Positions 7,936 through 17,449 of a stretch of 55,549 nt of DNA are shown one piece after another. The notes beneath the pieces are model-generated. The model searched no databases. It was not told the DNA's origin and saw nothing but the letters and a program-made list of their open reading frames with translations. This stretch comes from Clostridia bacterium (GTDB lineage: Bacteria; Bacillota; Clostridia; Oscillospirales; Acutalibacteraceae). The stretch is taken from positions 1-55,549 of the forward strand of contig DASRNM010000014.1 in NCBI GenBank assembly GCA_035647435.1, given 5' to 3'. The position numbers and the translations under genes are program-made. Each line of letters opens with the position of its first letter. The stretch's first letter is position 1.

Positions 7936-9867
7936 ATGACAAATCTTGGCTTTATTAAGGTTGCTGCAATGTCCCCGAGAGTAGTTGTTGCAGACCCCGA
8001 AAAGAATATGAAAAGTGCGTTTGATTTTATTATGCGTGCAAAAGGCGAGCAGGCTCAGATTATAGTTTTGCCTGAGCTTCACCTTTCAGGATATACTTGC
8101 GGTGATTTATTTAATCAAGACACACTCATAGAAGAATGCGAAAAGGCACTCTCATCGCTTTTGCTAAAAACAAAGAGCATCAAATCATTCATAGTGATAG
8201 GCATGCCTATTAGAGTCAGTGGCAAGCTTTACAATTCGGCCGTTGCCTTTCAGTCGGGCCAGATTTTGGGCGTTGTTCCGAAAAAACACCTGGCGAATGA
8301 TAGTGAGTGCTATGAAAAAAGGTGGTTTGTATCCGGCAGAGGTTGCGCTCAACCCACAATTCATCTGTGCGACAGACAGGTGCCCTTTGGTGATATTATT
8401 TTTGAACTTTCAAATGATGTCAGAGTTGGAATTGAGATTGGTGAGGACTTGTTGGTGCCCGTTTCACCGAGTGCACTCATGGCGCTTGGCGGTGCCAATG
8501 TAATGTTGAATTTGTCGGCGAGCAATGAGCTGGTTACCAAAAACGATTTTAGACATGAGCTTATTTTGCAGCAAAGCGCAAAGTTAATTTGTGCTTATAT
8601 ATATGCGGGCGCAGGCGTGGGCGAGAGCAGCACAGATCTTGTCTTTTCGGGCGCATGTATAATTGCCGAAAATGGTAAAACAATCGCCCAAAGCAAAAGG
8701 TTTGAACAAAAAGGGAGTAGTGCGTTCGGTGTTATAGATGTTCAAAAGCTTTCAGCTTTAAGACGAGTTAGCTATTTTAATGACAATTATGAAGACTGTT
8801 CCCCAACAGTTAGCTTTCAAAGGGTAAAAGCGATTTTGCCGTATATTACAGAGTCTGCAATAGACAGGGAGTACAATGCGCACCCCTTTGTTCCCTCTGA
8901 TGAGATTCAAAGGAATAAAAGGTGCAGAGAAATAATTGCAATACAGGCAAGCGGATTGGCTAAAAGGCTTAGCCATACCGGAATAAAGAAAGCGATTGTC
9001 GGTATTTCGGGCGGGCTTGATTCAACTCTGGCTCTGCTTGTGATTGACGAGACAATGAAAATACTTGACCTACCTAAAAAGAATATTATATGTGTAACAA
9101 TGCCGGGGTTTGGCACAACAGCAAGGACTAAAAACAATGCAATTGAGTTGGTAGAATGCGTCGGCGCTCAACTCAAAGAAATCAGCATTGAGCAAGCATG
9201 TATAGGGCATATGAAGGACATCGGTCACGACATGAAAGTTCAAGATATTACCTATGAGAATGTTCAGGCGAGGGAGCGCACTCAAATACTAATGGACTTA
9301 GCGAACAAAGAGAATGCACTGCTTGTCGGCACAGGAGATTTAAGCGAGCTTGCATTGGGCTGGTGTACATATAACGCTGACCATATGAGCATGTATTCGG
9401 TCAATTGCGGTGTGCCAAAAACGCTCATTCGCTATTTGATTGAATTCGTTTCAAACTATTCTGAACCAAAAATGAAAAAGGTTCTTGAAGCAGTGATAGA
9501 AACACCTGTTAGCCCCGAGCTTTTGCCACCCGATAAAAACGGGGAAATAACACAAAAGACAGAAGAAAAGCTTGGCCCATACGAGGTCCACGACTTTTTC
9601 CTTTACCACTTTTTCCGTTTCGGTTCAAAGCCTGAAAAAATTCTTTTCATGGCAGAACGAGCATTTAATGATAAATATACAATTCATCAGCTTAGGCTCT
9701 GGCTCTGCGTGTTTATAAAAAGGTTCTTTTCTCAGCAGTTTAAACGCTCATGTTTGCCCGACGGCCCTAAGGTCGGCACAGTCAACCTTTCGCCGAGAGG
9801 TGATTGGCGTATGCCGTCTGACGCTAGTTTCAGTGCTTGGCTGTCGGATTTAGATATAAAAGAATAG
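7936..9867 (+). CDS. nadE: Glutamine-dependent NAD+ synthetase
   Basis: N-terminal CN-hydrolase (nitrilase-like) domain plus a C-terminal NAD synthetase domain with PP-loop GISGGLDSTLALLV. 643 aa, long form. Confidence 0.9.
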   Translation: MTNLGFIKVAAMSPRVVVADPEKNMKSAFDFIMRAKGEQAQIIVLPELHLSGYTCGDLFNQDTLIEECEKALSSLLLKTKSIKSFIVIGMPIRVSGKLYNSAVAFQSGQILGVVPKKHLANDSECYEKRWFVSGRGCAQPTIHLCDRQVPFGDIIFELSNDVRVGIEIGEDLLVPVSPSALMALGGANVMLNLSASNELVTKNDFRHELILQQSAKLICAYIYAGAGVGESSTDLVFSGACIIAENGKTIAQSKRFEQKGSSAFGVIDVQKLSALRRVSYFNDNYEDCSPTVSFQRVKAILPYITESAIDREYNAHPFVPSDEIQRNKRCREIIAIQASGLAKRLSHTGIKKAIVGISGGLDSTLALLVIDETMKILDLPKKNIICVTMPGFGTTARTKNNAIELVECVGAQLKEISIEQACIGHMKDIGHDMKVQDITYENVQARERTQILMDLANKENALLVGTGDLSELALGWCTYNADHMSMYSVNCGVPKTLIRYLIEFVSNYSEPKMKKVLEAVIETPVSPELLPPDKNGEITQKTEEKLGPYEVHDFFLYHFFRFGSKPEKILFMAERAFNDKYTIHQLRLWLCVFIKRFFSQQFKRSCLPDGPKVGTVNLSPRGDWRMPSDASFSAWLSDLDIKE

Positions 9868-9914
9868 ACACAAAAAATATTGAGAAATATTTTAATTCTA
9901 TTTAGATTAAAAAT

Positions 9915-9937
9915 GGGGCAAAATGCCCCGCTTTTAA
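9915..9937 (+). terminator. Rho-independent terminator after nadE
   Basis: GGGGCA-AAA-TGCCCC hairpin followed by GCTTTTAATTTT. Confidence 0.65.
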
Positions 9938-10138
9938 TTTTGTCTTTCTTGCAACGAAATTCCTTGCACAAAGAAGGAATATAAATTGTCGGTTGTGCAT
10001 TGAAATATCATGCATATCGTTGCCCGAATATTATACGACAAGACTCAAAAAATATGATGTAGATAAACTTAGCTGCCTTGCAAAACCAATCACAGTGGGG
10101 TAAAATAAAGGCAATAATTTTATAGAAAGGTTTTTTAA

Positions 10139-10843
10139 ATGGATATGACCGCATTGATACCCAACGAGGGCAAACAACTCAAAATATCGACAGCTTATGG
10201 CGAATTCGCAAGGTATCCCATTAAAACTCATGTCGTCAGTTCTGGCGACAGCTTAACAGAAATTATGGATAAATACGTAATGTCGTATATTCAACAGGGC
10301 GACATGGTGTTTATAAGTGAAAAAATCGTGGCAATAAGTCAAGGGCGGGCATTTGATATTGACGATATAGAGCCCTCATGGCTTGCCAATACGTTGTGCA
10401 AATTCGTATACAAATCTCCTTACGGCATAGGGCTTGGCAGCCCATGGACAATGGAGCTTGCCATTAAAGATTTAGGTGCGCCTAGAATTCTTTTTGCGGC
10501 CCTTTGCTCTGCAGTAACAAAGCCTTTCGGCGTCAGAGGAGTGTTTTACAAGGTGGTTGGTGATAAAGGCAGAGCTATTGACGGCCCGTGCAGTTACACA
10601 TTGCCGCCCTACAATCATTATGCAAAGCTTGCACCCGAAAACCCAAACAAGGTTGCAAGAGAGCTCAAGGAGCATACGGGTTACGAGGTTGTTATAATTG
10701 ACGCAAATGACATAGGCAGAGATGTCCTTGGCGTTAGCTCGAAAGAAATAGATATTGAAATGTGCAAAGAGATCTTTAAGGATAATCCTTTAGGGCAGGC
10801 TTCACAGCAAACACCTGTCGCGATTGTCAGAAAGGAGAATTGA
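10139..10843 (+). CDS. CofE-like (F420-0:gamma-glutamyl ligase family, COG1478-like) protein of unknown role
   Basis: The segment GDMVFISEKIVAISQGRA resembles the conserved (V/I)SK(V/I)VSKAEGR region of CofE/FbiB N-domains. Size is about 234 aa. The family call comes from recalled motifs only. Confidence 0.55.
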   Translation: MDMTALIPNEGKQLKISTAYGEFARYPIKTHVVSSGDSLTEIMDKYVMSYIQQGDMVFISEKIVAISQGRAFDIDDIEPSWLANTLCKFVYKSPYGIGLGSPWTMELAIKDLGAPRILFAALCSAVTKPFGVRGVFYKVVGDKGRAIDGPCSYTLPPYNHYAKLAPENPNKVARELKEHTGYEVVIIDANDIGRDVLGVSSKEIDIEMCKEIFKDNPLGQASQQTPVAIVRKEN

Positions 10844-10844
10844 T

Positions 10845-11393
10845 ATGAACGATCAGCTACAACAAATTCCAAAAAGAATCAAGGAGCTTCGCGAAATTCT
10901 TGAAATACCCTCAATGGAGATGGCAAAAAGGCTAGGTATAAACATTGAGGACTATAAAAAGTTTGAAGGCGGCGAAAAGGATATACCCATAAGCACCTTG
11001 TACGAGATAGCATCAATACTCAACACGGATTGCACGGTGTTGCTCACCGGGGATTCGCCAAGAATGGACACGCATACCGTTGTGAGACAAGGTGAGGGTG
11101 TTTCAGTTGACCGATATAAAGGGTACCATTTTGAAAGCCTTGCTTATAATTTTATGGACAGGGATATGGAGCCTATGCTAGTAACACTTGACGTTCAAGA
11201 GGTTGAGCCTGCATTGGTTATGCATTTGGGGCAAGAGTTCAACTATGTTATCGAAGGCACTGTTAAGGTTACCGTCGGAAAAAAATCTTTTTTACTCAGC
11301 AAGGGTGACAGTATATATTTCAACCCTTCAATTCCACACGGCCAGGCCGCCGTGGGAGGACAAGCAAAGTTTCTTACTGTAATCAACGAATAG
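10845..11393 (+). CDS. XRE-family HTH transcriptional regulator with a C-terminal cupin domain
   Basis: N-terminal HTH_3 (IKELREILEIPSMEMAKRLGINIEDYKKFEGGEKDIPISTLYEIASIL) and C-terminal cupin_2 (GDSIYFNPSIPHG). ATG 10845 follows AGGAGAA and lies 1 nt after the upstream TGA. Confidence 0.85.
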   Translation: MNDQLQQIPKRIKELREILEIPSMEMAKRLGINIEDYKKFEGGEKDIPISTLYEIASILNTDCTVLLTGDSPRMDTHTVVRQGEGVSVDRYKGYHFESLAYNFMDRDMEPMLVTLDVQEVEPALVMHLGQEFNYVIEGTVKVTVGKKSFLLSKGDSIYFNPSIPHGQAAVGGQAKFLTVINE

Positions 11394-11403
11394 AGGAGTA
11401 AAA

Positions 11404-13092
11404 ATGAACGAGATTATAAAACGATTTTGTCCTAACATTGAATTTGAATCATATGAGGACATGAAAAACGATTTTAAGATAAATGTGCCTTCTGATTTTA
11501 ACTTCGGCTTTGATGTTGTTGACGAATGGGCAAAAATCGAACCCGAAAAGACAGCACTTGTGTGGACAAATGATGAAGCTCAAATGAAAAGCTTTTCATT
11601 TAAAGATATAAAAGAAAAAAGCAATCAAGCGGCAAACATGTTTAAATCCTTAGGGATTAAAAAGGGCGACATTGTAATGCTTGTTTTGAAGCAACGCCCG
11701 GAGGTATGGTTTTGTTTTGTTGCACTTCACAAAATTGGTGCGGTGGTCATACCGGGTTCATTTCAGCTAACGCCTAAGGACTTAGTGTTCAGAATGAATG
11801 CGACAAAGGCAAAGCTTCTTATAACTGTAAATGATGAGGGAATTGTCTGCAATGCAAGGGAGTCTTTAAAGCAATGCCCGACAGTTGAAAACTACATAAC
11901 CGTCGGCGACAATGCAGTTGGGGGAGCAATAGATTACCGAAATGCCATTGATGATTATTCCAAAGAATTTGAAAGACCGCAGGGTGAGGATAAAACTGTT
12001 GTAACAGACCCTATGTTGATATATTTTTCTTCGGGTACAACGGGAATGCCCAAAATGGTCAGGCATGATTTTTCATCGCCTCTTGGTCAAATAACAACGG
12101 CAAGATATTGGCAATGCGTTCAAGAAAACAAGGTTCATTTAACTCAAACAGATTCAGGCTGGGCAAAGTTTGCGTGGGGTAAAATATACGGTCAATGGAT
12201 ATGCGGAGCCGCAATTGGTGTATATGACACCGAAAGATTTCATGCACATGAAATGATTGGGGCAATCATGCGTCTTAAACCTGCCACGTTTTGCGCACCT
12301 GCAACAATATATAGGGTGCTTATAAAAGAGGATTTATCTGGCTATGATTTTAGCTTTATTGAGCATGCAAGCGTAGCGGGTGAACCGCTAAACCCCGAGG
12401 TTTTCAATCAGCTTGAAAAACTGATAGGGGTGAGAATTCATGAGGGGTTTGGTCAGAGTGAAACATCGGTGCTTTTGGCTAATTTTCCATGGTTTGATGT
12501 TCGCCCCGGCTCAATGGGTAAACCAGCGCCTGTTTATGATATTGACTTGCTTGACGAAAACGGAAAACCCTGTGAAGACGGTATCGTAGGCTCAATATGC
12601 ATAAAGGGCGTTGATAAGGTTCACCCGACAGGGCTTTTTAGAGAGTACTGGCAGGACAACGAGGCTATGAAAAAGAGCTTCAAAAACGGCGTTTATAACA
12701 CGGGTGATACTGCATGGAGAGATGCGCAGGGGTATTATTGGTTTGTTGGCAGGAATGACGATGTTATAAAGTGTTCGGGCTACAGAATAGGCCCGTTTGA
12801 GGTTGAAAGCGCACTTATGGAGCACCCTTGTGTGCTCGAGTGTGCAATAACATCACTCCCCGACCTTGTCAGAGGTCAGATAGTTAAGGCGACAGTTGTT
12901 CTCTCAAGGGGATACAGCCCGAGTGATGAACTTAAAAAGGAGCTGCAAAATCACGTCAAGAGGGTTACAGCGCCTTATAAATACCCGAGAGCTGTCGAGT
13001 TTGTGAATGAACTGCCGAAAACAAGCAGTGGCAAAATTAAAAGAACTCAAATTAGAGCAAATGACCTAAAAAGAATGGCAGAAAACGAATAA
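11404..13092 (+). CDS. AMP-dependent acyl-CoA synthetase/ligase (medium-chain ACSM-like)
   Basis: AMP-binding motif YFSSGTTGMPK, followed by GYRIGPFEVE and SGKIKR. RBS GAGGAG. Confidence 0.85.
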   Translation: MNEIIKRFCPNIEFESYEDMKNDFKINVPSDFNFGFDVVDEWAKIEPEKTALVWTNDEAQMKSFSFKDIKEKSNQAANMFKSLGIKKGDIVMLVLKQRPEVWFCFVALHKIGAVVIPGSFQLTPKDLVFRMNATKAKLLITVNDEGIVCNARESLKQCPTVENYITVGDNAVGGAIDYRNAIDDYSKEFERPQGEDKTVVTDPMLIYFSSGTTGMPKMVRHDFSSPLGQITTARYWQCVQENKVHLTQTDSGWAKFAWGKIYGQWICGAAIGVYDTERFHAHEMIGAIMRLKPATFCAPATIYRVLIKEDLSGYDFSFIEHASVAGEPLNPEVFNQLEKLIGVRIHEGFGQSETSVLLANFPWFDVRPGSMGKPAPVYDIDLLDENGKPCEDGIVGSICIKGVDKVHPTGLFREYWQDNEAMKKSFKNGVYNTGDTAWRDAQGYYWFVGRNDDVIKCSGYRIGPFEVESALMEHPCVLECAITSLPDLVRGQIVKATVVLSRGYSPSDELKKELQNHVKRVTAPYKYPRAVEFVNELPKTSSGKIKRTQIRANDLKRMAENE

Positions 13093-13113
13093 TATAAAAT
13101 TAGAATTAAAAAA

Positions 13114-13148
13114 GGCTGTCTGTTTAAAACTAACAGACAGCCTTTTTT
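13114..13148. terminator. Bidirectional rho-independent terminator
   Basis: 12-bp stem GGCTGTCTGTTA / TAACAGACAGCC flanked by an A-run and a T-run, between convergent genes. Confidence 0.85.
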
Positions 13149-13158
13149 GTTTTATTGT

Positions 13159-14019
13159 TCAGTTAATTGTTACCCCTGCGGTTTTACAGTTTTTGTTATG
13201 AGCTGAGAATGTTTCAGCATAGTAATAATTTCCGCTTTTGTCGGTTACGAAAAAGTAATAGTCGGTGTCATCAGGGTAGAGGGCGGCTTTGATTGCATCA
13301 AGACCGGGGTTCGTAATTGGCCCTGCGGGAAGACCTCTAAAACGGTATGTGTTATACAACTTTGCAAACTGTTCAACCTCATCGGGCTCAAAGAAAGGAG
13401 TTATGTATTGGTTGACATAGACGATGGTTACATCGCATTGAATGCCCGGGTATTTATAGCTATTAAGTCTGTTGTGTATGACTGAGGATACCTTGCCCAT
13501 TTCCTCTTTTGTGTTTGCCTCCTGTTGAACGATTGAGGCTATTGTAACAATATCATCTGTGCTGTACCCCAACTCGTCAGCCCTTAGTTTAAATTCATCA
13601 TTAAATTTTGACTTAAAGTTGATAAGAAGCTTGTTTAAGGCTTTTTGAGGTTTTTCATCAAAATAGAATTCATAAGTATCGGGGAAAAGATAACCCTCAA
13701 GTAAATATGCTCTGTCGTCCTCGTTTTCAAAGCTCCAAATCTCATCAACGAAAGAGGGTGAGTTTGATGCAGCTATAAAATCACTCCCATTGCATACTCC
13801 CTTTTCCTCGAGTCTTTGGGAAATGTCATAGACTGTAAACCCTTCAGGGAATGTTACGCGCACCGTTCGCACTGGTGCGACAGTTGTCTCGGGTGGCACA
13901 AAATGCCTGTATGCTCTAATAAAAAACGGTTGTAAAAAGACTACCGAAACAGCAAAAAGCATAATAATAACAATAACGGCAAAGGTTATAATTAAATTTT
14001 TTCTCTTACGATTATTCAT
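13159..14019 (-). CDS. mltG: Endolytic murein transglycosylase MltG (YceG family)
   Basis: N-terminal TM (LIITFAVIVIIMLFAVSVVFL) and the YceG signature YRFRGLPAGPITNPG. Confidence 0.85.
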   Translation of the reverse strand: MNNRKRKNLIITFAVIVIIMLFAVSVVFLQPFFIRAYRHFVPPETTVAPVRTVRVTFPEGFTVYDISQRLEEKGVCNGSDFIAASNSPSFVDEIWSFENEDDRAYLLEGYLFPDTYEFYFDEKPQKALNKLLINFKSKFNDEFKLRADELGYSTDDIVTIASIVQQEANTKEEMGKVSSVIHNRLNSYKYPGIQCDVTIVYVNQYITPFFEPDEVEQFAKLYNTYRFRGLPAGPITNPGLDAIKAALYPDDTDYYFFVTDKSGNYYYAETFSAHNKNCKTAGVTIN

Positions 14020-14127
14020 GGCATCATTTTATCACATTTGAGTATTATTTCAATAGCAAAAGATATAATAATTATGTCAGACGATTATTGTCGTTAGACG
14101 AGCTAATTATTTTTCGGAGGGGTTGGA

Positions 14128-14310
14128 ATGAGAAAGAAAAAGAGGAATCGATTTTCAAAAGATTCAAAACCTGTAAACGACATCATCGGTTTATGGGAGA
14201 CGGCGTTAGAATCTGATGTGTCCGAACTTTTGGGCGGTTACGCTGACAAGTCTTACGATGCTTTTGAAGAAGACGATTATCAGCCTGTTCAGGATTCCGA
14301 TGATTTATAA
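14128..14310 (+). CDS. Small hypothetical protein (60 aa) with a basic N-terminus and an acidic C-terminus
   Basis: Good RBS GGAGGGG 6 nt upstream of the ATG, and a strong terminator immediately downstream. No recognisable domain. Confidence 0.5.
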   Translation: MRKKKRNRFSKDSKPVNDIIGLWETALESDVSELLGGYADKSYDAFEEDDYQPVQDSDDL

Positions 14311-14318
14311 TGGAAGTG

Positions 14319-14360
14319 AAATCCCATGCATAAGTATTTATTTTATGCATGGGATTTTAA
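14319..14360 (+). terminator. Rho-independent terminator
   Basis: 13-bp stem ATCCCATGCATAA / TTATGCATGGGAT followed by TTT. Confidence 0.75.
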
Positions 14361-14375
14361 AATGTGATAAAATTA

Positions 14376-14404
14376 TTGACGAAAAAATTAAAAAAGTGTA
14401 GAAT
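14376..14404 (+). promoter_or_regulatory. Candidate sigma-A promoter for the SDR gene
   Basis: TTGACG (14376-14381), a 17-nt spacer, then TAGAAT (14399-14404). Confidence 0.45.
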
Positions 14405-14509
14405 TAAATAGTTTGAAAGCATGAGTTGCAAAATGTAGATAATGCTTGACTAATTCTTGCATTACAATTAAACTGTAAGTATAAAATAAAAATGAGGAGA
14501 TTTTTTAAC

Positions 14510-15520
14510 ATGAAGGTTTTTATGATTGGTGGAACAGGACTTTTAGGCAGTGCGGCAGCACAACTTTTTATCGATAAAGGTCATCAGGTCAAATCGGTGG
14601 CCCTGCCTCCTTTGCCAGTGGGCGCACCTATCCCCGAGGAAATGGAGCTTGAGTTTGGAAACTTCCTTGAATTATCTGACGATGAATTGAAAGCGATGAT
14701 GACGGGCTGCGATTGTTTTGTGTTTGCTGCAGGTGTTGACGAGCGAGTTGAGTTCCCTCCACCTGTTTATGATTCATACAAAAAATACAACAATGACCCA
14801 GTTGAAAGAATGATTAAATTAGCTAAAGAGTGTGGCGTGAAAAAAAGTATTATACTTGGCTCATATTTCGTTTATTTCGCAAGGGAATTTCCAGAAATGG
14901 AGCTTGCAAAAAAGCACCCATATATCCGCAGCCGAGTGGATCAAGAGGATATAGCTCTTTCATTGGCAGATGAGAACATGGATGTTGCAGTGTTAGAACT
15001 TCCGTACATTTTTGGTGTTCAGCCCGGGCGTAAGCCGGTTTGGGTTGTACTTATTGAACAGCTTGCAAACATGGGCAAGATAACAATGTACCCTAAGGGC
15101 GGCACAACAATGTTGACTGTGCGTCAGGTTGCTCAGACTATTGTCGGCGCAGCTGAAAAAAACAAGGGAGCGAATGCATACCCGATAGGTTACTACAACC
15201 TTAGTTGGGATGACTTTTTAACAGTCGTTCACGCTGCCATGGGTGAACCTAACAGGAAGATAATCCATGTAGCGAAATGGATGTTCAAATTATACAGTAA
15301 AAAACTTGCAAAAGACTTCAAAGAAAGAAACGCTGACCCAGGCATTGATTTAGTAGGGCTTGCGGATATAATGTATATGAACACTTTTATCGACAAAAAA
15401 TGGTCGGTGGAATTGGGCGCAACCCACGATGATATAAAGTCCGCAATATTTGACTCAGTGAAGCTCTCAGTTGATGCATATAAAGGCACGCAAGAGCTTG
15501 TCGACATGAAGGGCGAATAA
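14510..15520 (+). CDS. NAD(P)-dependent epimerase/dehydratase family (extended SDR) protein
   Basis: MKVFMIGGTGLLGSAAA Rossmann motif at the N-terminus. ATG 14510 follows GAGGAG; the ORF-track ATG at 14492 lacks an RBS. Confidence 0.75.
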   Translation: MKVFMIGGTGLLGSAAAQLFIDKGHQVKSVALPPLPVGAPIPEEMELEFGNFLELSDDELKAMMTGCDCFVFAAGVDERVEFPPPVYDSYKKYNNDPVERMIKLAKECGVKKSIILGSYFVYFAREFPEMELAKKHPYIRSRVDQEDIALSLADENMDVAVLELPYIFGVQPGRKPVWVVLIEQLANMGKITMYPKGGTTMLTVRQVAQTIVGAAEKNKGANAYPIGYYNLSWDDFLTVVHAAMGEPNRKIIHVAKWMFKLYSKKLAKDFKERNADPGIDLVGLADIMYMNTFIDKKWSVELGATHDDIKSAIFDSVKLSVDAYKGTQELVDMKGE

Positions 15521-15548
15521 TCGCAATTTATTAAATGCTGAGAATTAA

Positions 15549-15575
15549 GGGCGGCCTATGGTCGCCCATGATTTG
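15549..15575 (+). terminator. Possible terminator hairpin after the SDR gene
   Basis: 8-bp stem GGGCGGCC / GGTCGCCC (one G-U pair) with a 3-nt loop, but the downstream T-tract is weak. Confidence 0.35.
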
Positions 15576-15619
15576 TATATATGCAATGGTTTGCTAAATT
15601 TAAAAGCAGGTGAAAATTT

Positions 15620-17440
15620 TTGACTCAAAGAGAAGATGTAAGAAACATAGCAATAATAGCTCACGTTGATCACGGAAAAACGACATTGGTTGATGAGATG
15701 TTAAAGCAAAGTGGAATTTATCGAAAAAATGAACAGATTCAAGACAGAGTAATGGACTCGAATGACCTTGAAAGAGAGAGGGGAATAACAATTCTCTCAA
15801 AAAACACAGCAATCCATTACAAAGACACAAAAATAAACATTGTCGACACTCCCGGCCATGCTGATTTTGGTGGAGAGGTAGAGCGGATTCTAACGATGGT
15901 TGACGGCGTATTGCTGTTGGTTGATGCGTTTGAGGGCTGTATGCCACAGACAAGGTTTGTTCTTAAGAAGGCACTTGGTCTACAGAAAAAGGTTCTCGTT
16001 GTCATCAATAAGGTTGACAGACCGAATGTTCGCCCCCTAGATGTTATCGACGAAGTGCTCGATTTATTTATAGAGCTCGGTGCAAACGAGGAGCAAATTG
16101 AATTTCCCGTAGTTTTTGCCTCAGCTAAGGACGGCTATTCCTCACTTGACCATAAGGTGAGAGAGGGAGATATGAGGATTTTACTCGATGCAATTTTAGA
16201 GAACATAAGCCCACCTAAGGGTGACACACAAGCACCACTTCAAATTCTTTTTTCAAGCCTTGATTATGATGATTATATCGGAAGAATAGGTATCGGCAGG
16301 GTTGAAAGAGGTGCTATTTACAAAGGCAGTCAGGTTGCGCTTTGCAAAACCGACGGGTCGGTAGAGAATGTCAAGATATCCCGTCTTTATCAGTTTGAGG
16401 GGCTTCACAGAGTGGAAGTTGAAAAAGCAATAGCCGGCGATATAATATGCGTTTCGGGTATTGAGGGGATAAATATTGGTGAAACGGCTTGTGCTCCTGA
16501 ATCAATTGACCCTTTGCCGTTTATAAGAATAGATGAGCCGACAATATCTATGAATTTTCTTGTCAATGATAGTCCATTTGCAGGCAGGGAGGGCAAGTAT
16601 GTAACCTCCCGCAATATTCGTAACAGGATTTTTAAAGAGGTTGAAACGAACGTTAGCATGAGAGTGGAGGAAACGGGAACTACCGACACCTTCAAGGTTT
16701 CGGGCAGAGGTGAGCTTCACCTTTCGATTCTTATTGAAACAATGAGAAGGGAAGGGTATGAATTTCAGGTTTCCCGTCCGAAGGTTATATTTAAAGAAAT
16801 TAATGGGCAACTTCACGAGCCGATGGAGCTTTTGATTGTTGAAGTACCCGAACAATATGTCGGTGCGGTTATAGAAAAACTTGGTTCGAGAAAAGGCGAG
16901 GTTGAAAACATAGGTGCACGCGAGGGCGGAGCAACTCACCTTGAATTTAAAATACCTTCAAGAGGCCTTATCGGTTACCGCTCCGAATTCATGACCGACA
17001 CGAACGGAAACGGGATAATGAACCAGATTTTTCTGGGATATGAGCCCTACAAGGGCGATATTAAAGGCCGTGAGCGAGGTTCAATTGTCGTGCATGAAAC
17101 AGGCGTGAGCACAGGCTATGGTCTTTTTAATGCTCAAGAGAGAGGCAGGCTCCTTATAGGTCCGGGTGTTGAGGTGTATGAGGGCATGATTATTGGTGAG
17201 AGCGCAAAGAGTGAGGACGTTGTTTGCAATGTGTGCAGAAAAAAGCAGATGACAAATACTCGTGCGTCAGGCTCCGACGATGCACTTAGGTTAGTGCCAC
17301 ATACAACGTTGAGCCTTGAGCAGTCAATGGAGTTTATTAAAGATGACGAGCTTTTGGAGGTTACGCCAAAATCACTAAGGCTTCGCAAAAATGTGCTTTC
17401 AAAAGTAATAAGAATGAAAAAACAATTCAAAATCAAATAA
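15620..17440 (+). CDS. typA: Translational GTPase TypA/BipA
   Basis: RNIAIIAHVDHGKTTLVD G1 motif, DTPGHADFGGEV, NKVDR. 606 aa with the BipA-specific C-terminal region. TTG start. Confidence 0.92.
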   Translation: MTQREDVRNIAIIAHVDHGKTTLVDEMLKQSGIYRKNEQIQDRVMDSNDLERERGITILSKNTAIHYKDTKINIVDTPGHADFGGEVERILTMVDGVLLLVDAFEGCMPQTRFVLKKALGLQKKVLVVINKVDRPNVRPLDVIDEVLDLFIELGANEEQIEFPVVFASAKDGYSSLDHKVREGDMRILLDAILENISPPKGDTQAPLQILFSSLDYDDYIGRIGIGRVERGAIYKGSQVALCKTDGSVENVKISRLYQFEGLHRVEVEKAIAGDIICVSGIEGINIGETACAPESIDPLPFIRIDEPTISMNFLVNDSPFAGREGKYVTSRNIRNRIFKEVETNVSMRVEETGTTDTFKVSGRGELHLSILIETMRREGYEFQVSRPKVIFKEINGQLHEPMELLIVEVPEQYVGAVIEKLGSRKGEVENIGAREGGATHLEFKIPSRGLIGYRSEFMTDTNGNGIMNQIFLGYEPYKGDIKGRERGSIVVHETGVSTGYGLFNAQERGRLLIGPGVEVYEGMIIGESAKSEDVVCNVCRKKQMTNTRASGSDDALRLVPHTTLSLEQSMEFIKDDELLEVTPKSLRLRKNVLSKVIRMKKQFKIK

Positions 17441-17449
17441 ACAACGGAT

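Noticed and set aside
8219-8503. Alternative-frame ORF inside nadE
   Set aside because: It is embedded in the conserved CN-hydrolase coding region in another frame, with no RBS.
14216-14401. ORF 14216-14401 (+), overlapping the small gene and its terminator
   Set aside because: It runs out of frame through the 14128-14310 gene and across a strong terminator hairpin, and it has no RBS.
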